A stretch of 64,000 bases of DNA from Orbicella franksi (GCA_964199315.1 OZ116707.1:2480001-2544000), one strand, 5' to 3'. Shown: positions 1 through 14,274, numbered from the stretch's first letter. Numbers and translations are program-made. Notes: generated from the sequence alone by a model not told the origin.

Positions 1-723
1 GATGAGTTGTTCCTTGCATACTCGGGAATCTTCGGTGCAGTTCACTTACCAAACTTCCTGAACTTCTAGAAGAAGATCCCGATTCTGATCCTGACAGAAG
101 GGCACTAGAAGCAGAACCAGAAGATAATGGACTCGAAGAGGAAGAACTTCGCTGATTACTTGCTGCCGCAGTGTGAGTGGAGTTCACTAGCTGAGAAATT
201 CGACTGATTTCTGTTATAGCATTATTGGCTATCTCACATATCTGCCGTTGAACAGATTTATCCATCTCCAAATATTTTCAATACAATTAAAAGATGAAAC
301 CTCAAAGATGGCGCGAAGAAATTGAGCGGGAAAGTACTCAAGCCAGTCCCCCTCAAATCGCAAGCCCGCAATGTATTGTAGGCCAAATAATAAATTCACG
401 ATACCTTGAAAAATAATTGTCAGCGCCAATGAAAAAATAATTCTCAGTACCACAAGTAAAAAATAATTCGCAGTACCAGTCAAAAATAATTTGCAGTACG
501 AGTGAAAAAATTCATTCGTAGTACCCACAAAAAATTTGACCTGACTAAATTAAAATAATTCAGGCTGCTAAAAAAAATAAGCAAACACCTCGAAAAAGAA
601 ATTTGTACCGCCGATGAAAATACACAGCAAGCTCGTAAAAAATAAAACATTGACTGAAAAAACTGACTTGTGGGGCAATTTTATTACTACAATTTTGACC
701 AGAACGGGCCTCCATAGTACCGT

Positions 724-1452
724 GTGGAGTTTGAAGGGAACAACCCAGAACTCTCTGGTTTCCTGGATGCCACTGTCCAGGAAATCCGAACTGAAGCAAA
801 CACAGATCCTGAACAGAAAGCTCTGCATACTCTCATTGAAACAGGATGGCCAAATGACAAAGCCGCAGTTCCTGTCCTCGTACATCCATATTGGTCGGTC
901 CGTCATGAACTTACCACGCACGAAGGACTCCTATATAAACAAGATCGTGTTGTCATACCTTCTTCGCTTCGACCAAGCATCCTCTATAAGCTGCATGCAG
1001 CTCATTGCGGTACTGAGTTTACTCTTAGACATGCTCATAGCTGTGTGTTCTGGCCGGGCCTCAACAGCCAAATCACAGACATGTGCACAAACTACACCAC
1101 TTGTGCACAGCATGCCCAGCAACATCCTCGAGAACCACTAAAGCCTTACCCAGTGCCCACGCTACCCTGGCAACTGGTTTCTCAAGATCTGTTTGCTCTC
1201 AATGGGTCTGCCTATTTGGTCACTGTGGACCATTACAGTGACTATTACGAACTTGATCGGCTTCCCTCCATCCAGGCCTCAGCGGTCATACAAGCAACCA
1301 AACAACACTTTGGACGTCACGGCGTTCCCCATACTCTCATCACCCACAACGGAGCTCAATTCACATCTGAGGCATTCAAAACATTTGCAGAGAAATATAA
1401 ATTTCATCACATTACCTCCTCACCTTATTGGTCTCAGTCTAATCTACCATAG
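724..1452 (+). pseudogene. Gypsy/Ty3 LTR retrotransposon integrase fragment
   Basis: GWP..YWSVRHEL..LLYKQDRVVIP linker, HHCC zinc finger (HAAHCG...CTTCAQH), rve core QDLF/VDHYSDY. The usual SDNGPQF is THNGAQF (second D lost), and the ORF stops at SPYWSQSN before the catalytic E. Confidence 0.9.
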
Positions 1453-3149
1453 GAAAATGAGCGAAAATGAATTTTCGACCCTTGCCGCGAAATTAAGAAT
1501 TTGTCTGATTTTTACTGGCAGGCACTCTTAACATGTTAACTACTCACATAAAGAAAATGCACTTATACAACATAAATCAACAAATCAAACATCGTTTTAA
1601 CAATTAATACATACTTAACAGTTATATACTTTCAATGTACAAAATTAATCAAATTATGATTTTTTTCTGTATATTTCACAGGTGTAGGCAATACCTGTGA
1701 ACACAACTGTAAATTTGATAACTATAACAAAATTTGGCGATCATCAGTGTCTAGTTAGAACAAATGGATTGACAATTGTTTGTCATTTTTATGCAAAAAA
1801 TAAACCTCTTTAAGTCACATGAACAAAGTTGTACCACTTCGAAAAATGGAAAGGACTACTTACATCCCCCTGAAAATTCAATCTGAGGAGGTAGACTTAG
1901 AATGTGTGATATCACCAATAAGAAAATCATAACATAATGACAAAAAGGGAAAAGATATCTTTCTTTTACCATATTTACTCACATATGTGCCATACATAAG
2001 AGAAAAAATAATAAGCACGGCCTTCAATAAGCGCTGCACTCTTTGATAACACACACAGCACTTAGAAGCATGTGACCTGCAGAGCAGCGCTTTATATTAG
2101 AGCGGTGTATTAATTTTCTCTAGTTTTAAATGCATGTATTTCATCAATTTCCCATTAACCTCTCTTTCCAAATTTTGGCAATGCTCACAATGATTCTGTC
2201 ACCAGGAACCATAACTAAACCAGCAGCCACGAGTATTGATTGAAAAAAAAGCGCCACATCAATGAGTCAAAAATGTTATGAAGGATGCAATGCCCCTTTG
2301 AGTGAATACAGTTTGTCATGTAGCTATTAACTGTCTACTAATCTAGAGTTTTTCTTCTTCACTTTAGAGCTAAGCAGCTGTTCAGCTTCTGCTTCACTGT
2401 CATCTTTTCTTGCACTCAGGTGAATTTAAAGTTGTTGATGTTTTGTCTTGATGGATTTAAGAGTTGCCTCTTGGGCTAATTTCAGTTCTGTGTATACTCC
2501 GTCTATTAATGCTTTCTGTCTTTTGCATTTTACAGTTGATACATTTTTCTCCTGAATTGACTTTCCTTTTTTAAACTCTTAGTGGCATTTTTTCGATGTC
2601 AGCATCATGACTTTTGACTGCTAAATGAGCTGCAGCCATGTGATCTAAATTTTTAGCTATTGTGTCACTCTTTTGTTGCCCCAGCTTGTTTCCACTTTCA
2701 ATGTTGTCTTTCCCAAATAACTCTTTTTCGTCTTGGATAAGTTTGCAGGCATCTCTCTCAATAAGTGAGGTCTTCCGCAAAGTCCGGCTATGGTAGTTTT
2801 ACCACAGTGTGATGTTTTGGAAGACTTGACCAGCTGTTCTGCTTTTTCGTTCCAAAAACTGTCTTCTCTTCATTTCCATTTCAGACTTTGGGGCTAGCAA
2901 TTTTGTCGTCAGTGTATATTTTTATGTTCTTCATTTTTGCATTAATATACTTGTTGTCCCTCAAGACATTCATAAAGGTGATTGACCTAGAGCTGGGTGC
3001 AGCATTTGCATTTGTCTCTAATTCGTCTAGCTTCTCTTCAACTTGGTTTGGATAAACTTCCTTTTGTCTGAGGTCCCTGTATAAGATTCAAGTCTTAATT
3101 GCTACATTGGAATTCCAATGTTCACAAAATAGCATGGTCAAAGTATTTG

Positions 3150-3465
3150 TGACCTTCCATAGGAAAACACGTCTTATTGAAAACAGCGTTTTTAGGGCGT
3201 TTGAAACGCCTCACAAACGGGGTTTGACAGCGTTTCAAACGCTTCGCAAACTCTTTTCAAACGCTTTGCAAACCCTTCGCAAACTCCTTACAAACGCTTG
3301 GAAAGCATTTCAAACGCTTTTCAAACCTTTTGCAAACGCCTGTCAAACGGTTTGCAAAGCGTGTCAAACGCTTCTCAAACCCTTTGCAAATGCTTCTCAA
3401 ACCCTTTTCAAACGCTTCACAAACCCTTTGCTAACTTTTCGCAAACCCTTGGCAAACGCTTCTCT
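3150..3465. repeat. Degenerate ~11-bp tandem repeat (tttcaaacgct / ttgcaaaccct)
   Basis: Repeated caaac cores at about 11-nt spacing; this explains the repetitive FQTLxKxFxNA ORF at 3107-3484. Confidence 0.75.
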
Positions 3466-4218
3466 TGAGTGCCGGTGGAACTAGTCCGCAAGGAATAAAA
3501 CGCGTTTAGCAATTATTAGTTTTCAATACCTTACAGTCAGTAATTAACTGTTCTTTTAACATAAGTAGCAAGATAAAAAGATTTATATATAGTTATTCAG
3601 TATGATGGGAAAGTGCAGAAATGTATTTAGAATGCATGAGCGCGCGATGTCAGTTTGTGTTTTGGTCGCCTGTGTTTACGATTTATCAGCTGATTTGACG
3701 TGAATGAAAACTTCTCGCTGGTCATACAAGCAAATGTTCACCGTAGTTTTCTCACAGACACAAAGAGAAAGGTAAAAGATGAATTTTAAATTTTACATTT
3801 TAAATATTATTTGAGCGTTTGTCGAAATTTCGATCCAAACATTGCACGGCGAACACAAACAGCCGACAAGCTGAAATTTGCATAATAGCTCGACGGTCAT
3901 GATTGTTTACGCTTGACAGATTTCGCGAATGAACCTTGTCACGAATTCGCTACATCAAACAACCAGGTGTTATTTTTAAAATGTACTACATAAATATGTT
4001 TACAAATTCGGAAATAAGCTTGTGCCTTGCCGAAATTGTCAAAAGTATGGCTGCGGTATTTACCCGGAATGTTTACTAAGCTTATCTATTGTGAACTATC
4101 CCGCACGTTCAGCTTCGACGTTCATTGATTCAAACAACCTGAAATGTATGATTGACACTACATGTTGCCATTCATGTAGAGTTGCAATTAATAGCTCCAA
4201 TTCTTTCACTAAGACGCA

Positions 4219-5370
4219 TCAAGGTTTTGGTGCGACTAGATTCACAGAATCTGGTTTACAAAATTGTCTAATTTCCTTATACAGATAATTCTTCCTTTCT
4301 AAATCCAGGCCTAATGGTTTTATGACAGGAGGAAGCGTATAAGGTAGAAGTTTTGCTTGATCTTTTAGTAAGTCGAACTCTACTTCTTCAGAGTCAGCAT
4401 AACGCTTACAGTAAACCCGCCCTGGCGCGTCTTTACTGAAGCGAAAATGATGATAGCCCTTTACTCCTGCCAATTTCTTGAAGTAGGGATCAAGAAAACT
4501 TACCCAGTTGTAAGTAAGAACTATAACTGAACCGTCATGAAGTCCACAGAGTTGTGTGACATTCACGCCTGTGACAGTCGAGTTGTTGATCGTACGGGCC
4601 AACTCGAATAGGTCCGAAAGAAAAGTTTTTCGGACCGCCTGCTTAGCCAAGCCAAAACACCAGTCTGGAGAGAACTTGGTGTGACCAGCAACCAGAAATG
4701 AATACAGAATGTTCCAGTGCAAACCAACAATTATTCTCCAGGCATAGTACCAAAGAAAATAATTGTTTTTATTTTGACCAGAACAGTTGTCCGCGTGAAT
4801 GTAGACGCCTGTTTCGCCAAGTCCGAATTTCCCAAAATAGTAATGAACCAAGCTGATAGTACTGTTGGCTCCCTTACCTGTGAGAACTGACTCGTCAACT
4901 AAGAAATTTACTTGACGAGGAATCGCTTCGCAGCAGACACCAAAAATAGCACATTTCCGTGGTGTTTTGAAATAAATGGGTCCCGGCTGCAAGGGATTAC
5001 TTGGATAGTGGACTTGTTGTGCATAATCGTACGAATAATGCATCTTGCCCTTCAAAGAACAGGGAGGGTTGTTCTTTGGAATGATCCCTTTGTTTGCAGT
5101 CAGAACCTGGTGTGCGGTAGGCTCTATGGCTTTTACAGTAGTTCTGTAGAAGCTTCGCTCACTACTTGACCTAAACAAATGTTCTTCCTGAGCGCGTACA
5201 ACTGCTGATTTCGCGTGCTCAGAAAGATTTGCTGATCGGACAATTTGAGTGTTATTATGTTGACAAGTAAAACATAAATCACTCATTGGCCGCATGATAA
5301 CTACATGTGGAGTTAGCTGGATTAAAGTGAGGGAGACTTGTGCAGGATCAGCCACGGAAGACACGAACAA
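4219..5370 (-). CDS. Sola-like (probably Sola2-type, DUF7869-like) DDD transposase, 5' part degraded
   Basis: Motifs SDLCFTC, YDYAQQVHYP, HADNCSGQNKN and GHTKFSPDWCFG give three acidic catalytic positions. No ATG start. Subgroup assigned from memory of motifs. Confidence 0.75.
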   Translation of the reverse strand: MFVSSVADPAQVSLTLIQLTPHVVIMRPMSDLCFTCQHNNTQIVRSANLSEHAKSAVVRAQEEHLFRSSSERSFYRTTVKAIEPTAHQVLTANKGIIPKNNPPCSLKGKMHYSYDYAQQVHYPSNPLQPGPIYFKTPRKCAIFGVCCEAIPRQVNFLVDESVLTGKGANSTISLVHYYFGKFGLGETGVYIHADNCSGQNKNNYFLWYYAWRIIVGLHWNILYSFLVAGHTKFSPDWCFGLAKQAVRKTFLSDLFELARTINNSTVTGVNVTQLCGLHDGSVIVLTYNWVSFLDPYFKKLAGVKGYHHFRFSKDAPGRVYCKRYADSEEVEFDLLKDQAKLLPYTLPPVIKPLGLDLERKNYLYKEIRQFCKPDSVNLVAPKP

Positions 5371-7329
5371 ATACCCAACTTGCTGTCATCCATATGTCTG
5401 TACAAACGTCCAAAGAAATGAATTATTCAGGTTCCTGAGAGTGATGTACAGAGTAACACCAAGCAAGTTCGGCAGACAAAGCATGGTTGCAACCTCATTT
5501 CCAGAAATATCACCTGAACACTTAAGCTTTGATTTCATGCTGCTGGGTCAATTGTGTACTGACCAATAAAGTTCTGCACACACATGCAAACCTCAAAACC
5601 ACAAACTAATAAGATCGTTGCTGGTTGCAGTAGGTTTCCCATGCCTGACTGGCTTTTTCCTTGCTACACAATAACATTTCATGGTTTTAAGGGATAGCAA
5701 GTGAGTGTAAACACACTTGCAGGCTGCAGAATGAACACTCTGCGCCTCAGGCCACGTTTTAATTTTCTAATCAAGGGCTTTATTTCACAAATTAGTGCAA
5801 ATCATAAATAGTTTATGTCCATTAGGTGGCCTAAATCAGGGACGTAACTATGAGTTTTACACTTTCTCACCTGGGTTACCTACCAGATTGTGATGTTGAC
5901 TTCCACGCTGTGTTTTTCTAAAAGTATCTAGCCCCTGACTGGAAAAGATTTATGCCATGTTGATTCTTCAGATTCACACTTTTTCGCCACCTGAATTATG
6001 TCGCCTAACATTCATTCTGTTTGTCCTGGGACCATGTAGTCCAAATGGACTAGAGCAGCAACAGCAAGCTGAAGTTACATGGAAAGAGAGATATGAGAAA
6101 GCACCAATGGCCTTGGGCCCACTTCTGGCCATCAATGTGGCTGAAGTGATAGAAGAAGGGAAATGCCTGAAGCATAAAATAGCTGGGTTGTACCCGGATG
6201 TTGATGACCGTATTTGTGAAAACTATGGAATCCTTGTAGCTATAGCGAGTAAGGTAAATGTATCTAATCAAGTTATAAAACACAATGAATTTGTTTACTG
6301 GTTGTTAGATTAAAGAAACTGTGAACTTAAAAAAAGAAAGAAAATGAAGTGAGTGCAATGAACGAAGTAAATATGATCAATATTTGGCCAATGTATGATG
6401 TTTAGTCCAGCAGTCAAATCAAATCATTAACCTAGCGAGGTGTGTTATTATAAACAGATTTAGTGTCTCACAACTATTATATGCACATATTGTAGATGTT
6501 TATAAAATAGAGACAAAAAACCTGCAAATTTCTGTAACAATTTATGTTTCTTCAATTAACTCAATTTGTCTTTAAATTAATATAAATTTCTGTTAATTTT
6601 TTTAAATGAAGATCATTGAAATCATGGGTGATGGAAACCTCTGCTCCAAAGAGGATCTTGCAAGATACTTCCACAAGTTGGTATACCCCCTAAGAATAAA
6701 AAAGTATCACGTGAAGCATTCACATGCAACCATGGAAGATGGAGAGCTCATAATCACCAACCTCATTATGGATGCAATTAACAGGGAGGATTTCACTAAA
6801 GGATCAGTATGTAGAAATGGAGGTTTTTTTGTCTTGACCTGTTATGTACCTCACTTTTAATTTTAAAAGGTATCACCTAGCATGACAGGTGATGTATGCA
6901 CTATCATTGCATTGCATTGTGGATGGGTAATTTTCAAGATGGCAGCTTAAACGTCCAAGGAGTTTTCTAGAGTATTTTTCCATCTGAAAGAGGATTTGTT
7001 TTTCCTTCATTTTACCAAAGATAACTACTGGGTACCCTTAAAGACGTATGAAGTATTTTCATGGTAGAAGAAAGTTCGTAATGCCAATTTATATGCGAAT
7101 AACACTTTCACACATATCCATGCTGTAATTTGAGACCATTTCTTTCAAATCTAAAACTTCTCTGTTCTGTTCGTTTCAACCTTCAATAGTCTAGAATGTT
7201 TTTTTCACCTTTAATCTACAGCTAGAAATAATCGTGCCGCAACGCACCCTATGATATCTTGGTGTTTTTTGCTGATTCCTCGGGGCAACATGGCCTTCAA
7301 AAGGCCTTTTGTTACAGAAGGTGGGAAAG

Positions 7330-7880
7330 CCAGTTACTAGGCGAGCACCAGTGGAAGGAGCGTCAAGGAAAAGTTTCTTCCCGGATTCAAACCAGCCATT
7401 AGGTCCAAGAGAATGGTCCTCAGGAGAAATTTCAGCTCTCATACAACATATTTGTCTTTTTGGGAAGAAGCGTGGACAGACAAATGGCCTACTATGAAAA
7501 ACAAAGCCTTCTGCAATGCTTGTGCCAATTGTGTCAACAAGACATGCAATTCCTCGAGGACACGTTTGTACACAAAATTTCTATTACTAAATTGTTTTCA
7601 TATCCAATGATAAGTAAACATTTTATCCCGTGAGTCGTGGCCCATTGCTTCTCATCTTTTAGTTAAAGGAAATTTTCTTACTCTGTGCTGATATTCCTAC
7701 AAATTTTGCTTAAGTGCTATCACTAGAGTGATCTTGGTGTATTTGTTTTGTTTTAAAGGTTCTTCCTGTTGCTCAAGAGTCAACAGGCATCTAATGAAAA
7801 AGTTTAAGTCTTTGTCTGAAGCTGAAGAGGCACTCAATATCGATTATGTCCTCGAATCTGGAAATTCTGAAGAAATGTGA
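7330..7880 (+). pseudogene. Spliced Myb/SANT-like DNA-binding gene relic
   Basis: WSSGEISALIQHICLF-WEEAWTDKWPTMKNKAFCNACANCVNKTCNSSRT (frameshift near 7458), then an exon after tttaaag reading SSCCSRVNRHLMKKFKSLSEAEEAL. Confidence 0.4.
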
Positions 7881-9039
7881 CAACACGCAACCTCCAAGGC
7901 CATATTGAAGTGATCATCAAGAAACAATTGATCGCATGTTGAAAAGTACATTAGAAATTAAAATATGATAAGCCAACTTAAGATAAAACTTGGTTTCTGT
8001 TTCTTATCTAAAAAATCAATTAAATTGGTGGTAGACTCTAGCAGATTTTCGCTTGTTTACTTGAGAACTGTTAATTTGTTTACACAAAATTGATATTTGG
8101 TGGCTACTGTACCATAAAGTCGCGTTTTCTTGATATCTTCGGTTTTGGTTGCAAAACTTCTTTCTGGGATTTCAGTTCTCAGTTTTACTTTTCAGAATGG
8201 ACAATTCACGAAGACTGTTTTCCATGACAAACTCTGATCAAATAAACAAGAGGCTCCAAGTAGCCTATACTCATGCGCAAGAGAATACAAGTCATATAAA
8301 ATAGATACACAATGCGTAAATAGTCAGACAAGCAATTTGAAAACGTTTGCCATCTGACAACTAGAAATAATATGGGAGAAATGCTAATTTGAAAAAAGTG
8401 AATCATAGATCTAAGATATACATAATTAAGATGCAGGAGAGAAGATAAATGCTGTAACGCAATATGCCATCTTTATTAGAAAGATATCGTCAGGCGAATA
8501 ACAAAGCAAGCCGAGTTGAAAAATTATAGACAGAGAATTAACAAACGATCAGAGTTGCAAATTGGATGAAATATCTTTTTTCACAGCAATTCTGAATTAA
8601 CTCTCTGTAAGCATTTTTTGTTCAAGTGTTAGACTTGTTTATGTTGGTTGTTAGGAATATATACCAGTATTGGGCTATTGTAACAAATATCAACTTTGCC
8701 TTATTTTTATTATATTTGTAATTTGATTTTAAAGTATACTTGAAACTTGATAAAATAACAGTACTCCTCAGTAGGCACCTGGTGTTTTTGTAAGTTATAT
8801 CTTGCAATGCCATATTTCCAAGAATTAAAATATTATTATATATATCCTTACACATTTGGAAAAATAGAAAAATGATCTCTGGTTAAAAATTTGTTTAAAA
8901 CGAGCTTTTGACTACCAGTCTGTAGTCTTTAACGAGTAATAGATAGAAAGTGCAAAAGTTTAAATATATGCTAAGAAAAGTGTGAAAAAACAAAATTATA
9001 ATAAAATAGAAATGCTTGTGTGCGAGTAAAAAATGCTAA

Positions 9040-9900
9040 TGTGAGGTTCAAAATAAAATTGAATATTGTCTTGGTAATTGTTTCGCATTATTTTCAGCTG
9101 GTTCGTAATTGCTGTGTGCCAGGATTCCAAAGTTTTTCTAACGCGGAAATTTCCCTTGTTGATCACATATACATTGTTAAAGTCGACAGAATGGTCATTC
9201 AACCAGGCATGTGAAGCAATGTTGGAACCTTTTTTGAAGGTTTTTGTGTTTCTAATATGTTCTTTCTTCCTTGTTTGTAAACATCTACCAGTCTCACTGA
9301 CATAACTCCACAGGCAATTGGCGCATGGGATTTGTAAACAACATTTGTTTGTAGTTCCATGGATGGTCTTGATTTCAGAGAAACAAACTCTTGTTGTAAT
9401 GTCTTAAGGGGTCTGCTTGTAGTTTGTATTCCATTGTTTCTTAGAAGTCTTGAGAGAGGTTCAGTTAGGCCTTTGATGTAAGGTAAAACTGCGAAGCCAA
9501 TGAGTAAGTCAGGAGCATCAGCCCATCCAAAGAACATTCCTACCAATTCTTCTGGAGATGGTGTGATTGCTGGGGGTGGTTTCTTCTTCAAGATGTTAGA
9601 TATGACCGATAGTGGGTAGCTGTTCGATTTCAGAGCATCAGGGACATGGATTAATTCTTTAGTTTTTCCCTTGGGGGTGCTTGGGAGGTTAGAAGCACGA
9701 TTCAGGAGAGTGGTGGCAGTACTCAGCTTATGTTTCATTTCTTGGTGTGAATAAAAATCCAGATATCGGTCCGTGTAAGTAGATTTCCTGTAAACATCAA
9801 TGGTTATGATGCCATTGTTCCTGGATACCAGGGTGTCTAAGAAGGGTATCTGTCCATTATTCTCAGGTTCAATGGTAAATGCTATCTTTGGGTCAATTGA
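9040..9900 (-). mobile_element. Penelope-like retroelement 3' part (RT thumb + GIY-YIG endonuclease), frameshifted
   Basis: FTIEPENNGQIPFLD..VYRKSTYTDRYLDF; LPYIKGLTEPLSRLL; NVVYK(I)PCANC..SYVSETGR.L.TRKKEH; DHSVDFNNV..RKTLESW. Confidence 0.9.
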
Positions 9901-9912
9901 GGTACGAGTGTC

Positions 9913-10160
9913 ATGAATTCACACACAAGTGTTTTATTACTCCTCTATGTGCTTGCTTAACAACATCAAGTTGAAAGTGGAGTGGATTCCAAGATCTGCT
10001 AATGATAGAGCTGATTTTCTGAGCAGAATCGTTGACTACGATGACTGGCGAGTTAAGAGGGATTATTTTCTCTTTTGCCGCTTTGTTTCTTAGCAATGTT
10101 ATCCTGATTACCCATGGTGCAACTAAGAGTGTGAACCCATCTATTCCAGGCATTTGGCAC
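9913..10160 (+). mobile_element. DIRS-type retrotransposon fragment (end of RNase H domain)
   Basis: Manual translation CLLNNIKLKVEWIPRSANDRADFLSRIVDYDDW, typical of the DIRS RNase H C-terminus. Confidence 0.8.
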
Positions 10161-11259
10161 TGACACAGCTATCAATAAGGAAGAAATGCATTTAGGTAAA
10201 AATTTGCTATTTTTGCCTTTGTGAAATTGTTTGATAAAGTAGTTTTTCCAAGAAAACGATAACAGTTGGGAGTGTCCTACTACAATGAACGATCATGACT
10301 AAAACACCATACAAGTACATAAAAGTAATATACAAGTACATACAAATAACATATGAATAACAAACAAGTACATACAGACACATACGGTAATACACAGGTT
10401 ATATGATTATCAAATACATTGGTTACATACAAATGCATAGGAGCAACATACGATGGCAGGAGGGTAATAAACATGAAATATACCATTTTCCTATTTTATT
10501 TTTACATGTGCAAGGATCATGTCTTGCACACAGATTCATGAGACAGGTTTTCATAGCGTTATGTTTTGTTTCAGTTCTTGAGTATGTCTGGCTAGAGTTA
10601 CCCGCCTAACAAATTTAGAGGTTATTACTCAATTTTCAATATACATCGATCAATACTTTAGGAAGTGGAAAATTCATTTCAAAGTAATGTTGTTGTTTCT
10701 AGGCTTTATTTAACTGTTTTCTGACTTGCACTATGAATTGTATATTATTGTACAAGACCAATAAATCTGGATTAAAATATATATGGATTTTTAATGTACT
10801 TATGTTAAGAGAATAACCAAAATTTGCAAATGTGAAAAAAGTTAGACTGTTTTACCCCTTACTAGAGGAAAGGGAGAGGGTTGCAATTCATGAAAAGATC
10901 CCCACCCCATAACAGCACATCACACACACACCCCAAAGTTTCTACTATGCTATTACTTCGAGGAAAATAATTGTATGAGAGATTTGCGCACGCTAAATCT
11001 TGTGTGCTATCATCGTAATCTGCATTTATTTGAAGCGCAATGTCGCATCATATCACATCAGCTTTCAGGTTTGTTTGTGCATGTGTGGTACGTTCGCAGG
11101 TTGGCACATGCATGCACTCCCATATGTGTGCAAGACATGACCCGCACGCATGTAAAAATGAAATTTAAGGAGAAAAATGTTACATTTCATGTTTATTACC
11201 CTCCTGCCATCATATGTTGCTCCTATATATTCATATGTAACCAGTTTATTTGCATATAC

Positions 11260-11368
11260 AGAGGATATTACACAGTGGTGAGAAGATATGAATTTTATGT
11301 TCAAGTGAGATATCGTTCTTGCCAGGAGAACATAAAATTCATATCTTCGAGCTAACGTGTAATGTTCT
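11260..11368. repeat. Palindromic interspersed repeat end (MITE-like)
   Basis: Perfect 21-bp inverted repeat gaagatatgaattttatgttc (11282-11302) / gaacataaaattcatatcttc (11328-11348), with outer atattacac / gtgtaatgt arms. Confidence 0.65.
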
Positions 11369-11849
11369 TTTTAGTATATAGACCAAAAAACGAATTTATT
11401 CAAAGTTACAACACTTTTTATTCTCTATAAAGGAAGCCCAACGGCTAACATTACAATAATGCAGGTATACATCATTCAGCCTATGACAATAAAATTTGAG
11501 TTCAGTACTTTGAAATATAAGCCTTCAAGAAGATGTTCATGCAAGAATTGTTCATTTTTACCTCATGGTATGTTCCTCATACCATGAGGTATAGTGATGG
11601 TTGGATTGGTCACTCCATTCCCGTTAGACAATTAATTTATGCATTAAATCTGCATTAAAGATGAATTAAACATGTTTTCCCTTGTCTCCCGTACTAGGTT
11701 TGGTTTTGTCCAGAAAGTCATGTCATTGTTTTATGTTCATATATGTGGGGGGAGGGGGTGGAACAAAGGCAGTGTTACATGTTTACAAAATGGCATCTAT
11801 TTTGTCAAGCCCAACGGAAAAATTGTGAAGGCGACTTTTCCTTTCTTTT

Positions 11850-14089
11850 GCTCAATCTTTGATCAAAACATGGATGTTTCAGACCTTTACAGTGAGTGGA
11901 AGCAGTTGGTCAGTGCATTCGGAAGTTACTTGATCGCTTCAGGTCTCTCCAAGAAAGAAGACAACATCCAGAGAGCTACACTGCTACACTGCCTTGGCCC
12001 GGCAGAACAGCGCATTTTCAACACGCTTCCAGGCAAGCATGAGTTCTTCACAGAAGTGAAAACGGCCATCGATGGCTATTTTGCTCCAAAACGAAACATT
12101 GTAGCAGAACGCTACAAATTCTGGTCTCAAGTACACAGGGCAGATGAGTTCATTGATACATACTTGACAACCCTCTGAGAACTCGCAAAATCCTGCGACT
12201 TTGGGACATTAGAGGAGGAAATGATCTGTGACCAAATTGTCAAAAAGTGTAACTCCAAGACTCTGCAAGAGAAGTTGCTGCAACAGGAGAAGCTTGACCT
12301 GTCCAGAATGATTAAGCTTGAGAGAAGTGAAGAGAATGCGAGACAAGACTCACTTCTGATAGCAAGCGGAACAAAGGAAAACCCTATCCCCATTGACCGC
12401 ATTCTCAACAACCAGAAAGAACCAGCAAAACCCACGTACGCCAGCTACAGGTGTGGTGGAAAGGATGGCCACAGCCCGAACGAATGCGGGGCAATCGACT
12501 CCAGATGCAATGGCTGCAAAAAAATAGGGCTTCTGCAAAAAGATTGTTGTTCCCAGCCTAAAGGAGCAGTCCAATTCCAACCAGAACCAGCAACAACACA
12601 GGCCTCCAAACAAGCGCCCTAACAAAGTTCGCAGCCTAAGAACTTGGCTTGATGAAAGCTCCAGTGATGATGAGAAAGAGCCAGTAATGTCATTCAACAA
12701 TGCTGACAGCTCAATTACAGTCAAACTAAATGGCCAAAGGACCAAAATGATTGCGGACACGGGTTGTAGTACATTAAAATATCTTCAACATTGTACCGAA
12801 GTCAATTTAAGAACTTTGAACTGTCTCCAACAGAAAAACACTTTGCAGCATATGGACAAAAAAAGCCATTGCAATGTAAAGGCTATTTCAATGCTTGTAT
12901 AAAAACAAGTAACAGTGCTGTCAATGCTAAAGTGTACGTTATAGTGGGTAACGCTGAATCTCTTTTAGGACACGATTCCAGTTTTAAGTTAAATGTACCT
13001 ACGCAGGCTATTAATTAGTCAACTGAGGTAGCGATAGTGAGCTGGACTCACTCCACAAAGAATATACTCTGATATCTTTGAAGGATTAGGAAGGGCAACT
13101 AATTTTGAACATAAGATTGCTATTGACCCAGGGGTCAAACCAGCAAGTCAACACCTAAGAATACCTGTCAGTCAAATTGAAGCAGTTAATAATGAGCTTG
13201 ACAGAATGTTAGAAGATGTTATCGAAGAGGTCAATGAGCCAAGTTCCTGGGTTTCCAAGCTAGTCATAGTTCCAAAATAGTTGTCATTTACGTGAAGTAA
13301 ATAAGGCAGTTATTACAGAGCGCTATGTTTTACCAAAAGTTGACGATACATTGTATGCTCTGTGTGTCTCTAAGTATTTTGCAAAGATTGACGCAAAGAG
13401 TGGTTTTTTCAGCTACCGCTAGCTGAGGAGTCACGGTATATTACCATGTTCATCACACCTTGAGGTTGTTGCTGTTTTAAGTGCACTCCCTTCAGGCTCA
13501 GTGATACGAGCGAAGCCTTTCAAAAACATGATGGAAAAGATTTTGATTGGCATCGAAGGCATGCGAATTTTGATTGACGACGTAGTTATTCACGCTCCGA
13601 CTGTGGCAGAACTTACGAAACGCCTCCGGCAAGTTTTTGAGCAATGTCGCAATTTCATTCTCAAACTCAACAAAGTTAAGTGTGAGTTCAGCATATGACA
13701 AATGTCGATCTTAGGCCACTTGGTTTCAGCAAATGGAATCGAGCCTGACCCAATGAAAATGGAAGCCATCAAAGCAACGCCTCCGCCAGAAAAACGTGTC
13801 CAACCTTCTATCTTTTCTCGGGACGTGTGGTTACATTGCGAAGTTTATTCCCAATTATGCAAATATTGAGCCTCTCAGAAAGCTTACGCAAAAGGAACAG
13901 AAATGGTTCTGGGGAGAAGAGCAGACAAAGGCATTCAAAGCCTTAAAGGAATCACTGTCTCATGAACCAGTCTTGGTGTGTTTCCATTTAGATGCTCCAA
14001 CTTTTGTGGGCACTGATGCCAGTCCTGTTGGCTTAAGTGCCATTTTACTACAAGACCAGGTCACTGGTCAGTGCAAACCTATAGGATAA
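11850..14089 (+). mobile_element. Degraded Gypsy/Ty3 retrotransposon (gag, zinc knuckle, protease, RT, start of RNase H)
   Basis: gag RATLLHCLG..PKRNIVAERYKF; knuckle YRCGGKDGH..C..CNGCKKIG; protease IADTGC; [24 protein letters not shown]; RNase H TDASPVGLSAILLQ. Many stops and frameshifts; truncated at 14089. Confidence 0.92.
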
Positions 14090-14274
14090 ACAATTATAAA
14101 TAAGAAAATGCATTTTTGCACTATGAAAAATTAAGATTAAAATTGTCCATATTTGGTTATTTTGCACAATGACAAATGTGAAAATGTTCCATTTTGTGTA
14201 ATACTCAATAATAGTATAATTTAGCTTTTGTTAAGAATGTCCAGTCAGGAAGTTTTCGTTTCTGTAGTTTGAAT

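Noticed and set aside
2300-3100. Minus-strand coding-like relic
   Set aside because: Multiple stops and no motif I can name.
3107-3484. 125-aa repetitive ORF
   Set aside because: By-product of an 11-bp tandem repeat.
5957-6860. Possible exons of an unknown gene
   Set aside because: Short, no recognisable family, splice chain not reconstructable.
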